Assembly: GCA_963735595.1 (NCBI GenBank)
Contig: CAVTLK010000002.1
Span: 736,001 to 800,000 of the forward strand
Length of the DNA: 64,000 nt
Source of the DNA: an uncultured delta proteobacterium
Lineage (GTDB): Bacteria; Desulfobacterota; Zymogenia; Zymogenales; Zymogenaceae
Direction of reading: 5' to 3'
In this document: positions 1 through 10,121 of the stretch, one piece after another
How the letters are laid out: every line of letters starts with the position of its first letter
How positions within the stretch are numbered: the first letter of the stretch is position 1
Notes under the pieces: generated by a model
Database searches by the model: none
What the model saw: the letters and a program-made list of their open reading frames with translations, nothing else
What the model was told of the DNA's origin: nothing
Position numbers and translations under genes: made by a program

Positions 1-796
1 ACATATAGCCGAAGCCGGTCTCGAGGCCCCAGCCGTCGGCGAAGTCCGAGCGTCCCTCCACATTGAGGTAGAGCCGGTCGTTGAGGAAGTAGTCGGCCCC
101 GGCGTAAATGCCCCACGGGTGCTTCAGCTCGTAGTCGAACTCGTTGCCGCCGGGAACTGTAAACTCGGTATGCATCCGCGCCCAGGTGTAGTCTACGCCG
201 GCGTAGGGCGTCAGGCCGGTGTCCCCGATATGCCAGCCCGCGTGGAGGTCCGCGGTCAGCCGGTAGATGTCCGTGCGATAAACGTCGCCGGTGTCATAAG
301 CTGAGATAATGGGGGGGAACGGCACGGTTTCGATACTTACCCAAATGGCGGCGCTGTAATCGGCGGGGCGGGTATGCGTGAAGAGCGCGCCGCCCCCGAC
401 GTAGAGGCCGCTGTCGGACCGCCAGAACGTCCCCCTGGCGCCGATCCCCCACATGAACGAGTCGGCCCATTCGGTCTTTTCGCTGGCGTACAAGTAACCT
501 ACGCCCGGGATTACAACGCTCAGGGAGTCCTCCATCGTGAAGCTCTCGCCTCCGGCCAGCGCCACGAGCTCGACGTTGTCCAGGATCCCCCAGTTGACCT
601 GCGCGTAATAGCGGTGGGACGAAATATCCGGGCTCGTAAAATCCCAGTCATCGGTTTCCCACGTCGAAACGCCGTACCCGTAGCGGAGCTGGGGCAGGAG
701 CTTCCCCCCGCCGACCGTGTCGCTCCCCTCGCCGGCGAATGCGGACATCGATAGAACCGTCACCAGAAGCGCGGTCAAAAAAATCTTCTTACACAT
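1..796 (-). CDS. Outer-membrane beta-barrel protein with signal peptide (runs off window start); paralog of 11770-12663
   Basis: Not in ORF track. Manual translation from ATG 796 (GGGAGG RBS upstream): MCKKIFLTALLVTVLSMSAFAGEGSDTVGGGKLLPQLRYGY...TADLHAGWHIGDTGLTPYAGVDY...NDRLYLNVEG; alternating aromatic/Gly strand pattern. Confidence 0.8.
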   Translation of the reverse strand, partial: MCKKIFLTALLVTVLSMSAFAGEGSDTVGGGKLLPQLRYGYGVSTWETDDWDFTSPDISSHRYYAQVNWGILDNVELVALAGGESFTMEDSLSVVIPGVGYLYASEKTEWADSFMWGIGARGTFWRSDSGLYVGGGALFTHTRPADYSAAIWVSIETVPFPPIISAYDTGDVYRTDIYRLTADLHAGWHIGDTGLTPYAGVDYTWARMHTEFTVPGGNEFDYELKHPWGIYAGADYFLNDRLYLNVEGRSDFADGWGLETGFGYM

Positions 797-1263
797 CCAG
801 CATGCCTCCCTGTCACAAGAAAAAGAACTGCGGTAGTAAACGTCCGATTGTTCCCGACATATCAGGAAGGATTATCGACTCCCTGCGAATAACAAATCTG
901 ATTGAAGGGCCGCACGTGTGGGTGGATCAAGGTGTTTGAACAGGGGGCTCTCCGGGGTCGGGAAACGTCGCTATTAAAATTGACTAACAGTAAGCAGATT
1001 TACGAGGGAAGTCAAGAAAAAAGCAGGTAAAACATTGCTCGCGTGAATGGGGATAAGCACAACACGGAGATTGATACTGTCTCCTAAATTTTGAGTCCAT
1101 GCCAGTTGTCATGTTACGGTACGATACACGGGTTGTTGGACTATTCCGGGAGTCGGGACTTTTTCCGGATTTATCTTGACAATGTGAGAATATCAATATA
1201 TGTAATAATCGATAGAATATTTAATCATACTAATGGCTAAACCTAAAACATAGGAGTATTGGA

Positions 1264-1899
1264 ATGAAACGGAGTCGTAGTATTCTTATTTATCTAGCCT
1301 TGACCGTATTCCTCAATGGCTGTGCGTTGGGAGTAACTAAATTGCAGGTTACGCATGACCCACTTGTACAGGTTGAGAAGAAGAAGGAAGGAAATATTCT
1401 TTTAAAGGAGTTTAAAGACACGAGGGAACCAGATAAGACTGAATATATTGGGAATAAGAGAAATACATTTGGCATGGTCCTCGGTAATTTTGATAGTACG
1501 GAAACGCTTGAACCATTATTGACGAAGTATTTTGCCGAGGCATTAAAAAACGCCGGATATAACGTTACAATTGAAAATCTAAAAGAGGGATCGGTACCGC
1601 CAGATTTTAGTGCAGATGCAATAATTGAGGGTGAAATATCCGATTTCTGGTTGGACCTCTATATGGCGGTATGGCAAGACATTGCCATTTCAATTAAGAC
1701 ATTGGAAAAAGATACAAATGAGACGCTGTGGGAAAAAAAGTTCGTAGGAGAGGAAACAAATGTATTGTGGGTTGGGGTAAATTCGGAATTTGAAAAAGTA
1801 ATAAGGCAAGCGCTAACCAAAGTGCTTAACGAAGCCACTAACGAATTCGCATCCGATGCGTTCTATAACAGTATAGAGACAAATAAAGAAACCAAGTAA
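1264..1899 (+). CDS. Putative lipoprotein (YajG-like)
   Basis: AGGAG RBS, lipobox LNGC, AT-rich sequence. Confidence 0.7.
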   Translation: MKRSRSILIYLALTVFLNGCALGVTKLQVTHDPLVQVEKKKEGNILLKEFKDTREPDKTEYIGNKRNTFGMVLGNFDSTETLEPLLTKYFAEALKNAGYNVTIENLKEGSVPPDFSADAIIEGEISDFWLDLYMAVWQDIAISIKTLEKDTNETLWEKKFVGEETNVLWVGVNSEFEKVIRQALTKVLNEATNEFASDAFYNSIETNKETK

Positions 1900-2286
1900 G
1901 CAAACAACGAACAAAAACCAATTCGCGTCTTATCGGTAAGGCGACTGTTTAGGATGAACTGCCCATAGAAGAGATTCCATCTTAAGAGTTATGGGTACAA
2001 TGCGCGCGGTCATTTTGATGCAGCGTTTTCGTTTGATTTCCGCTCGTGAATACGATACTATCATTGCCAAAACAGCGGCTGAGCCACGGATGGGATATAA
2101 AATCACGCCGTTCGGAGGCGCTGGAATAAGTGACTCTATGCCGGCTCGTGATGCGTGACGTTTTTCCCGAAACGAAAAGCGCTTTATAACGGAAGTAGCC
2201 TGCCAGGCAATCAAGCACAAATCACCCGATCCGTTCCGGCTATTATGAAGCGTTGATCCATAACCTTAAACCAGAGGGAAGAGGCA

Positions 2287-3051
2287 ATGGCTTCATTTAC
2301 TCATCATGATAGATTCTCAAAGAAAGCGGGAATCGTTCTGAAGGAGATCCTTGACCGTTTTCGTGTTAAGCGGTCGGATATAAGAGTTTTGGACTTGCCG
2401 GCGGGTGCAGGCTGGTTGAGCCTTAAGCTTCGTGAAGAGGGCTTTAGAGTTATCTCGGCTGATATTAACGGCGCAAAAGACGATTACGTTTTCGCTGACA
2501 TGAACGAAAAGCTCCCCTTTGCCGATGAACAATTCGACGCCGTCGTATCGATGGAGGGCATAGAGCATATCATGAATTACGAGGGCTTTATCGGCGAAAT
2601 ATCCAGGATTACACGAAAGGGGGGGACCGTTGTGCTCTCCACCCCGAATATCTCCTGTTTCTATTCCAGGCTCATGTTCGCGTGCACCGGAAATTTCTTC
2701 CAATTCTGGCCAACTTCGGCGCACCTTAACCTGAAGAATGAAAAGGTATTCGACTATGGCCACATCACCCCTCTCACCTGGCAAAAGATATACTTTCATT
2801 TCGCGCATCACCGGATGACGCTGATGGCCATTCGAGGAAATAAGGTTAAGCGCAAGATACTTCTCCCCCTTTACATTCCTTTCATGATCGTCGGTTTCCC
2901 GTGGACTTCATACCGCCTGGGCAAAGTGCGAAGCAGGGTTGCTTCAGACGTGTTGGAGCGTACGGATTTCTACGAAAACATACGGAAATTCTCTTTCTCG
3001 TTACCTACCATGTTTTCCCGGAACATTGTGATGGTGTTGGAGAAAAAGTGA
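2287..3051 (+). CDS. Class I SAM-dependent methyltransferase
   Basis: VLDLPAGAG motif I, ADMNEKLPFADEQFDAVV, LSTPN. Confidence 0.85.
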   Translation: MASFTHHDRFSKKAGIVLKEILDRFRVKRSDIRVLDLPAGAGWLSLKLREEGFRVISADINGAKDDYVFADMNEKLPFADEQFDAVVSMEGIEHIMNYEGFIGEISRITRKGGTVVLSTPNISCFYSRLMFACTGNFFQFWPTSAHLNLKNEKVFDYGHITPLTWQKIYFHFAHHRMTLMAIRGNKVKRKILLPLYIPFMIVGFPWTSYRLGKVRSRVASDVLERTDFYENIRKFSFSLPTMFSRNIVMVLEKK

Positions 3052-3176
3052 CCGACTATTTCTATTTCCGAAACGAACCGACCTTACGAGTTAGACCACG
3101 GCATCAGGTAGAGGCTCATTGGGCTTCATGATAGGCCTTACCGGCTTCGGGGTGATCCCCTCTACATATTCCTGAG

Positions 3177-3237
3177 CGTATCCTGTCCCCGCTGCAAACA
3201 TAATTAAGGACTCACGCAAAGGCGTGGATCCTTTTTT
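3177..3237 (+). repeat. Copy 1 of dispersed element: tRNA-3'-end-like segment plus terminator-like hairpin
   Basis: cgtatcctgtccccgctgcaaacataattaaggactcacgc-aaag-gcgtggatcctttttt; 52/61 identical, ungapped, to 5237-5297. Confidence 0.75.
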
Positions 3238-3326
3238 GTTGTGTCCCGTCGTATTTCCTAACTCTACTATTGCAGTTATAAAATATGTGATATACTTATA
3301 TAACAAATTATTAGTGAGGTAGAAGA

Positions 3327-3653
3327 ATGAAGAAACTATCTTTCATTTTTCTTGGAATGACGCTCTTGATCGTTCTTTGCACCGCGGGCGCGGCCCTGGC
3401 GGCGCCCCAGCAGGGATTGCTGGTGGACAAGTACGGTGATCCCGTTGAGGGATATTCCAACGTCTGGATTGTCGACGGCGTCGCGCAGCCTATTTATAAC
3501 CCCACAACCCACCTCTGGTATTCCGTGTTCATCCTCGGACCCGGCGAAAATGGGGTTATCCTCTGCACCGTGGGGGCCCCGCTGGGAGTCAAGGGCGACT
3601 ATAGGGGCGGGCATGAGAATGAGCCGGTTCTTAGACAGGTAGCAGTTGGGTAG
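3327..3653 (+). CDS. Small secreted protein; paralog of 13016-13360
   Basis: Signal peptide ending AALA; shared YNPTTHLWYSVFI motif. Confidence 0.75.
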   Translation: MKKLSFIFLGMTLLIVLCTAGAALAAPQQGLLVDKYGDPVEGYSNVWIVDGVAQPIYNPTTHLWYSVFILGPGENGVILCTVGAPLGVKGDYRGGHENEPVLRQVAVG

Positions 3654-3722
3654 AGTCGACAGTCCGTCGGCAAATAGTCGCTATCGTACTATAATCGCCG
3701 CTTTTACAGGCATAGACCTGCT

Positions 3723-3755
3723 ATCGGGGCCGGGAGACCGGCCCCGATCTTTTCT
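3723..3755 (+). terminator. Intrinsic terminator
   Basis: ATCGGGGCCGG-gaga-CCGGCCCCGAT followed by CTTTT. Confidence 0.7.
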
Positions 3756-4041
3756 AATACTATAAATAATAGCGATTTTCGTGATTTTGCTCTATATGAC
3801 CATACGATGGTATCTCCCAACTACGTGAGCAAAGTCACTGACTTCTATAGAATAATGCTATAATTGTATACATCATGGGTTCTATCAGAGAGGGATTAGC
3901 TCTCGACGGGAGATTCAGGGCTCACCTTGCGAGCTTAGTTGAGACACCTTGACGCGGGTCTTATATGTATGTTCAAGATTCGAATGACGATAAACATAGA
4001 TTCTCTGAGATCCTTTTATAGGTCATTAAGGAGGTATTGAT

Positions 4042-5187
4042 GTGAAGAACATCCTAAGAAAAAGATCTTTCGTCTTATCTGCTTTAATGTTAACGGCAAT
4101 TCTATGTCTCTTCCTTTCTCCCGCCTTTGCCGAGCCCGACATCTCCGGTCAATGGCAGAGCAACCTCGGCGTTGTCTATAGCATCGCCCAGATCGGCGAT
4201 AAATTCACGTGGCATATGCCGTCCACCAATCAGTCGGGCTTTGGGGACATAGACGGCACCAACGTAAGCGCCGTATGGCCGATAGGCTTCGCAACGGGGG
4301 TGATCACCGTTGACGCGGCCAACCGGGGTATCGCTATCAATTGGAGCAACGGGGTGATATTCACCCGGCCGGCCGCCCCGCCACCGGCTCCTCCGGCCCC
4401 GGCCTATACCTGGGAGCAGATCGGCTCGGCGGCCTCCGCGATCTACGCCGGCGGCAGCCGGCTGTTTGCCACCAATCCCTCCAGCGGCGACATCTACGAG
4501 TATAACGGCGCGCCCAACTCGTGGACGAAGGTTGGGGGCCCCGGCAATATGTTTGCCGTTGGCGGCAACGGGCAGCTCTACGGGCTTTCGCCGGACATGA
4601 GCGGGGTCTGGAAATATAACAATACGCCGATGAACTGGACCAAGATCGGGGGTCCCGCTTCAAAGATCTACGCCCGCGGTATGCGGCTGTTTGCCACGAA
4701 CCCCTCCAGCGGCGACATCTACGAGTATAACGGCACGCCCGATTCGTGGACGAAGGTTGGGGGACCCGGCAATATGTTTGCCGTTGGCGGCAACGGGCAG
4801 CTCTACGGGATCTCGCCGGATATGAGCGGGGTCTGGAAATATAACAATACGCCGATGAACTGGACCAAGATCGGCGGTCCCGCGTCGAAGATTTATGCCG
4901 GCGGAAACCAGCTCTTTGCCACCAATCCCTCCAGCGGCGATATCTACCGGTATAACGGTACGCCCGATTCATGGACGAAGGTAGGAGGTCCCGGGTACTT
5001 CTTCACGGTTGGCGGCAACGGGCAGCTCTACGGCATCTCGCCGGATATGAGCGGGGTCTGGAAATACAGCGGAACGCCCATGATCTGGTCAATCATCGGC
5101 GAAAACGCTCACTCCATCGCCGCAGCCGGAAATAACCTCTTCGGTATTCAATCGGGGACCCTTACCGTCTGGCGTTACATACCGTAG
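4042..5187 (+). CDS. Secreted tectonin/tachylectin-like beta-propeller repeat protein
   Basis: AAGGAGG RBS, signal peptide, small N-terminal domain, Pro-rich linker, three ~75-aa repeats each with two WTKI/VGGP blades. Confidence 0.8.
   Translation: MKNILRKRSFVLSALMLTAILCLFLSPAFAEPDISGQWQSNLGVVYSIAQIGDKFTWHMPSTNQSGFGDIDGTNVSAVWPIGFATGVITVDAANRGIAINWSNGVIFTRPAAPPPAPPAPAYTWEQIGSAASAIYAGGSRLFATNPSSGDIYEYNGAPNSWTKVGGPGNMFAVGGNGQLYGLSPDMSGVWKYNNTPMNWTKIGGPASKIYARGMRLFATNPSSGDIYEYNGTPDSWTKVGGPGNMFAVGGNGQLYGISPDMSGVWKYNNTPMNWTKIGGPASKIYAGGNQLFATNPSSGDIYRYNGTPDSWTKVGGPGYFFTVGGNGQLYGISPDMSGVWKYSGTPMIWSIIGENAHSIAAAGNNLFGIQSGTLTVWRYIP
4462..5100 (+). repeat. Intragenic tandem repeat, 225-bp period, about 3 copies
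   Basis: ctgtttgccac..cctccagcggcga..tac recurs at about 4462, 4687 and 4912. Confidence 0.85.
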
Positions 5188-5236
5188 GGTGTCAAGACCC
5201 CGGCAGGGTATCTTTTCGAATGATGAAGCGGAGTGA

Positions 5237-5298
5237 CGTATCCTCTGCCCGCTGCTAACGTAATCAAGGACTCACGCAGATGCGTGAGTCCTTTTTTT
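5237..5298 (+). repeat. Copy 2 of tRNA-3'-end-like plus hairpin element
   Basis: cgtatcctctgcccgctgctaacgtaatcaaggactcacgc-agat-gcgtgagtccttttttt. Confidence 0.75.
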
Positions 5299-5456
5299 GC
5301 GGCCTATAGGGGTAGATGGGATAACGTGACAGAAAAGAGTGTCGGCAGCGACGCGGAGACTCGGAGTTCGAATAACCGTTTACAAAGCAGAGAAAGGATA
5401 TTACACTACTGATTGCAGCAAGCTATTCAAAGTGAAACTCAATGAGAGGGCAGGTA

Positions 5457-6692
5457 ATGACAGACCGCAAGAAGAAGACTAAACGTTTCTGGCCCATCTT
5501 TGGTAAAGCTATTCTTGTATTTTTTATCGTGCTGGCGGCTCTTGGTTTCTTCTACCGGAAAGAGCTGGGGCGGCTCTACCGCGTGGTCACCTTGTTTGAG
5601 CCCAACGTCATCGTGGACAACTTCAGGAACATGGACACCATGTTCGGCTCCTATCGAACGGTTCACCGGGGAGAAACCGTACTCGAGCTTAAGGAGGGAA
5701 AAAGGGCGCTCCCCGAGACTTACGTCTACGGGGGAGAAGTAAAGAAGACCGCCGAATTCATCGACGAGACGTGGACGACGGGGCTTATCGTGCTCAAGGG
5801 TGATACCGTCGCGTTTGAGGAATATTACCGCGGCAACGACAGGGATTCGAAGGCGATATCCTGGTCGGTGGCCAAATCCTTCGTGTCGGCCCTGATAGGG
5901 ATCGCGGTGGAAGAGGGGTATATCAAGGACATCGAGGACCCCGTAACCGCATACGTGCCGCAGCTTACGGGAACGGGGTATGACAACGTTGCCATCAAGG
6001 ACGTATTGGAGATGTCATCGGGAGTCCGCTTCGACGAGACGTACGCCGATTTTTTCTCCGACATCAACCGCATGGGGAGGGTCATCGCGCTCAATAAGTC
6101 CCTCGATTCGTTCGTCGCCTCGCTGGAAAACGAGCGGGAGCCGGGCACCTTTAACCATTATGTGAGCATGGATACGCAGGCGCTGGGGATGGTGCTCAGG
6201 GAGGCCACGGGCAGGGACATTTCGTCCTACCTCGAAGAAAAAATCTGGAAAAAGACGGGGATGGAGTCGGACGCGTACTGGATCACCGACGGCGACGGTA
6301 TGGAGCTGGCCTTCGGGGGGCTCAACGTCGTGTTGAGGGACTACGCCCGATTCGGCCTTCTCTATCTCAACGGGGGAAAGATGATGGGTCAGCAGATAGT
6401 CCCGGCGGACTGGGTCCGGGCATCCGTCAACCCCAGTGAACCGCACCTCCTGCCGGGCAAACGGGACTCCTCGGACTGGGTATTAGGATACGGCTATCAG
6501 TGGTGGATTCCGGAAAACCCCGAGGGAGATTTTCTGGCCATCGGCATCTACAACCAGTTTATCTACGTTAGTCCGAAATATGATGTAGTAATCGCCAAGA
6601 CTTCGGCGTATGCCGACTATGACCTGGACGGCGAGGCAAAGGAACTGGAGACCATCGCCTTCTTTCGCGCCATAGCGCAGTCCTTGCAGTAG
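5457..6692 (+). CDS. Serine hydrolase, beta-lactamase class C/esterase family, N-terminal membrane anchor
   Basis: SVAK (SxxK), FNHYVS (YxS), GYGYQWW, AIGIYNQ. Confidence 0.85.
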   Translation: MTDRKKKTKRFWPIFGKAILVFFIVLAALGFFYRKELGRLYRVVTLFEPNVIVDNFRNMDTMFGSYRTVHRGETVLELKEGKRALPETYVYGGEVKKTAEFIDETWTTGLIVLKGDTVAFEEYYRGNDRDSKAISWSVAKSFVSALIGIAVEEGYIKDIEDPVTAYVPQLTGTGYDNVAIKDVLEMSSGVRFDETYADFFSDINRMGRVIALNKSLDSFVASLENEREPGTFNHYVSMDTQALGMVLREATGRDISSYLEEKIWKKTGMESDAYWITDGDGMELAFGGLNVVLRDYARFGLLYLNGGKMMGQQIVPADWVRASVNPSEPHLLPGKRDSSDWVLGYGYQWWIPENPEGDFLAIGIYNQFIYVSPKYDVVIAKTSAYADYDLDGEAKELETIAFFRAIAQSLQ

Positions 6693-6715
6693 ATATCTTC
6701 TTCTTAATAACGTTA

Positions 6716-6753
6716 TAGTCAAGGACTCGCGCGAAGGCGTGAGTCCTTTTTTG
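6716..6753 (+). terminator. Copy 3 (hairpin part only) of the repeated element; intrinsic terminator
   Basis: tagtcaaggactcgcgc-gaag-gcgtgagtcctttttt. Confidence 0.7.
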
Positions 6754-6862
6754 TCCGGCGCGGCGCTATGCATGGTCCGGGCCGCGGGGTTCTTGTCCCT
6801 TGACAGGCGAGAATGCTTCGTGTATTAGTGGGCGTAGGTATAACAGCTGGTGGAGGGCAGCC

Positions 6863-8431
6863 ATGGCAGAAAAGGCAGACAAGGGGATAACGAGAAGGAA
6901 GGTACTGGGAGCGGGGCTGATGCTTGGCGCCGCGACAATCGGCTACGCGAACATGCGCCGGCTCCCATCGATCCTTGACGGCATAGGACTTGACGGAGCC
7001 CGTGCGGCTGATACGCCAAAAACGATACCGGTAGCAAAGGCGCCCGGTTTCAGCGGCGAGAGGCCGAACATCGTGCTGATTCTCTGCGACGACATGGGGT
7101 ACGGCGACCCCGCCTGCTACGGCGACAGGGTCCTCAGGACCCCGAACATCGACTCGCTGGCGCGGGACGGCATCCGGTTTACCGACTCATACGCGTCCGC
7201 CTCGCTCTGCACGCCGTCGCGAATCGGGCTTTTGACCGGGAGATACGCCATCAGGACGGGACTCACGTTTCCGCTTGAGCCGGGTGGGGCCCCGTTCATG
7301 AAATCGCTCCTCGCAAAGGTGGGACGGGCGTTCGGCAGGTTCGGGGCGCTGGACCTCTCGCTGCCGAGCTCGGTCGACGGCATCCCCGGGGAGGAGATCA
7401 CGATCGCCGATGCGCTGAAGGTCGCCGGCTACCGGACGGGTATGATCGGCAAGTGGCACCTCGGCGACTTTTCCGTCGACCCGCAGTATCACCCCAGGAG
7501 GCACGGATTCGACGAGTTCTTCGGCACGCCCATGACCAACGACGAGCTGCCCAACCCGCTCTACCGGAACGAGACGATGCTGGAGGAGGACATCGGCCTG
7601 AACCAGGCGAGGCTTTCCGGCCTTTCCACGAAAGAGGCGATTGACTTCATCACCGGGTCAAAGGATAACGAGCCCTTCTTCCTCTACATGGCCTACCACG
7701 CGCCGCACCTGCCCCTCTACGCGACTGACGAGTTCAAGGATAAATCAAAAGGCGGCATTTACGGCGACGTCATAGAGGAGCTCGATGCCAATATCGGCAA
7801 GATCCTGGATTGTCTCAGGGAAAACGGCCTCCAGGATAACACCGTGGTGATATTCACCAGCGACAACGGCCCCTGGTACAACGGAAACCCGGGCGACGAG
7901 TTCAGGGGGAGGAAGGGACAGAGCTACGAGGGCGGGTTCAGGGTTCCGCTCATCGTCAGGTGGCCGGGGCACGTCACGGCCGGGACAGTATGCACCGAGC
8001 CCACAATGAATATCGACCATTTTCCGACCCTCCTCGCATTGGCAGGCCTTGAGCTTCCCGCCGACAGGATCATCGACGGCAAGAGCATCGCCGGGTTGCT
8101 CTCCGGCCGCGAGGCCGGGTCTCCCCATGACGCACTCTTCTTCTATCACCACGAGCAGCTGGAAGGGATACGCGCCGGGGAGTGGAAATACTTCAGAAAT
8201 ATAAACCACTACACGTGGCCGATCCCCATGGACAAGCCGACGACGTTCCTCGGCAAGGCCTCGGGAGGAGAATTCCTCGGGCAATGGCCGAACCTTTATA
8301 ACCTCGATACCGACGAAGGGGAGAACTACGACCTCGCGTCCCGATACCCCGAGGTCTGTAAGAAACTCGATCAGGTAATGGCCGACTGGGAGAAGGAGAT
8401 CGAGAGTAACCCCGGGGGATGGATTAAGTAA
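6863..8431 (+). CDS. Tat-exported Cys-type sulfatase (arylsulfatase family)
   Basis: TRRKVL Tat motif, DDMGYGD, CTPSR-xx-LLTGR, GKWHLG, SDNG; GGAGG RBS before ATG 6863. Confidence 0.92.
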   Translation: MAEKADKGITRRKVLGAGLMLGAATIGYANMRRLPSILDGIGLDGARAADTPKTIPVAKAPGFSGERPNIVLILCDDMGYGDPACYGDRVLRTPNIDSLARDGIRFTDSYASASLCTPSRIGLLTGRYAIRTGLTFPLEPGGAPFMKSLLAKVGRAFGRFGALDLSLPSSVDGIPGEEITIADALKVAGYRTGMIGKWHLGDFSVDPQYHPRRHGFDEFFGTPMTNDELPNPLYRNETMLEEDIGLNQARLSGLSTKEAIDFITGSKDNEPFFLYMAYHAPHLPLYATDEFKDKSKGGIYGDVIEELDANIGKILDCLRENGLQDNTVVIFTSDNGPWYNGNPGDEFRGRKGQSYEGGFRVPLIVRWPGHVTAGTVCTEPTMNIDHFPTLLALAGLELPADRIIDGKSIAGLLSGREAGSPHDALFFYHHEQLEGIRAGEWKYFRNINHYTWPIPMDKPTTFLGKASGGEFLGQWPNLYNLDTDEGENYDLASRYPEVCKKLDQVMADWEKEIESNPGGWIK

Positions 8432-8436
8432 CACGC

Positions 8437-9576
8437 ATGGCGGATCAACGGCCCCTGAGAGATATCCTGGCAAAACCGGCAGGGCCCGACTGCAACATGG
8501 CCTGCACCTACTGTTTCTACAGCGGCAGGTGCGCCCTCTTCGGCGGGGCCCCGACGCACCGTATGAGCGCCGCCGTGCTCGAGGAAATGATACGGCAGGT
8601 AATGTCGCAATCGGGCCCTGAGGTATCGATCGGATGGCAGGGTGGAGAGCCCACCCTGATGGGACGCGAGTTTTTCGAAAAGGCGGTCAGGCTCGAAACG
8701 CGTTTCGGCCGCGGAAAGGTTGTCGGCAACGGCCTCCAGACCAACGGGATACTCGTCGACAGGGCATGGGCGCGGTTCTTCAAGGAATTCAGCTTCCTGA
8801 TCGGGCTTTCTATCGACGGGCCGGAGCATATCCATGACCACTACCGCCGTACGAAGCGCGGACGCGGCTCATGGGCGCGGGTGACCGACAGCGCGAAACT
8901 CATGCTCGACGAGGGTGTATCGGTGAACGCGCTGACGGTCGTCAACGACTATTCGGTCCGTTTCCCCGAGGAGATCTACGAGTCTCACAAGGGGCTCGGC
9001 CTTAGCTACATGCAGTTTATTCCCTGCGTGGAGATTGATCCCGAACGTCCCGGCGCGGTCGCCCCGTTTTCCGTTTCGCCGGAAGCGTACGGGGCGTTTC
9101 TCTGCGCCGTCTTCGACCTCTGGCGGGCTGATTTCGTCGACGGGCTCCCGACCACGTCGATCAGGTTCTTCGAGTCGCTCCTGTTTGCCTACGCCGGGTT
9201 CCCGGCCCCCGAATGCACGCTTGACCGGGAGTGCGGACCATACGTCGTGGTGGAGCACAACGGCGACGTCTACTCGTGCGATTTCTTCGTAGAGCCGCGC
9301 TGGAAGCTCGGCAACATCATGGACGGAAACCTCACCGAGATGCTCAATTCGCCCGCCCAGCGCGAATTCGGCAGGCGGAAATCGGACCTCCCGCCTCCAT
9401 GTACGGCGTGTACATGGATGGCGCTTTGCCGGGGCGGGTGCACAAAGGACCGCGTCCACAACCCGGGAGACCCAAAGGTCAACTACCTCTGCGGGGCGTT
9501 CAGGCGTTTCTTTGAACACGCCGACGGCGATATGCGGCTCTTGGTATCCGAGTGGCGAAAGAGACGGGGGGAGTAA
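8437..9576 (+). CDS. Anaerobic sulfatase maturase (radical SAM/SPASM)
   Basis: CNMACTYC, WQGGEP, SPASM Cys (YSCDFFV; C..C.....CRGGC.K.R); adjacent to sulfatase. Confidence 0.92.
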   Translation: MADQRPLRDILAKPAGPDCNMACTYCFYSGRCALFGGAPTHRMSAAVLEEMIRQVMSQSGPEVSIGWQGGEPTLMGREFFEKAVRLETRFGRGKVVGNGLQTNGILVDRAWARFFKEFSFLIGLSIDGPEHIHDHYRRTKRGRGSWARVTDSAKLMLDEGVSVNALTVVNDYSVRFPEEIYESHKGLGLSYMQFIPCVEIDPERPGAVAPFSVSPEAYGAFLCAVFDLWRADFVDGLPTTSIRFFESLLFAYAGFPAPECTLDRECGPYVVVEHNGDVYSCDFFVEPRWKLGNIMDGNLTEMLNSPAQREFGRRKSDLPPPCTACTWMALCRGGCTKDRVHNPGDPKVNYLCGAFRRFFEHADGDMRLLVSEWRKRRGE

Positions 9577-9644
9577 GGCTCGGTATAGCCGGGGTACGGG
9601 GTGCCCAATTGGATTAAAAGGTAATCGAAGAGAGTTGAGTTCGC

Positions 9645-10121
9645 ATGAAAAATAGAACAGGTCAATGTATATTCTGGACGCCGAGGATCCTATCGATACT
9701 ATTTCTTTTTTTCCTGGCGATGTTCTCTCTGGACGTCCTTGACATGCGCCTGGGTTTCTGGGAAACGGCCGCAGGCGTGTTGGTCCACAACATCCCCACA
9801 CTTTTCCTACTGGCCGCCCTGATTGTATCGTGGAAGCACGAGATCGTCGGCGGAGTAGCCTTTACACTGGCGGGGATGGTATACATTGTCTGGCTGCTGA
9901 AGACGATACTCGGAGATACCCCCCACCAATGGGATATCCTCTCCTGGTCCTTCACAATATCCGGGCCGGCGTTCCTGATCGGGACCCTGTTTCTCGTCGG
10001 CTGGTACAGGAAGAAAAGGAGCCCAGGCCGAAACGGCCGTAACAGTACTACGGCTCGGCGCCGGAAGCCTCGAAGTAAACGAAGGGCCGCCTACTTGAAC
10101 AGCTTCATCACCCACCGGTAG
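9645..10121 (+). CDS. Small integral membrane protein (about 4 TM)
   Basis: Hydrophobic segments, WTPRIL...HNIP; C-terminus may be extended by an indel. Confidence 0.65.
   Translation: MKNRTGQCIFWTPRILSILFLFFLAMFSLDVLDMRLGFWETAAGVLVHNIPTLFLLAALIVSWKHEIVGGVAFTLAGMVYIVWLLKTILGDTPHQWDILSWSFTISGPAFLIGTLFLVGWYRKKRSPGRNGRNSTTARRRKPRSKRRAAYLNSFITHR

Noticed and set aside
1900..2286. Possible ncRNA or small gene in a 390-bp intergenic gap
   Set aside because: No recognisable motif, RBS-supported ORF or convincing structure
5457..6692. Antibiotic-resistance beta-lactamase
   Set aside because: Motifs (YxS, AIG) fit the broad esterase/amide-hydrolase branch; no evidence for true AmpC
3177..6753. Integron attC sites or intact tRNA genes
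   Set aside because: No RYYYAAC...GTTRRRY boxed attC structure and no full cloverleaf; only a 3'-end-like fragment
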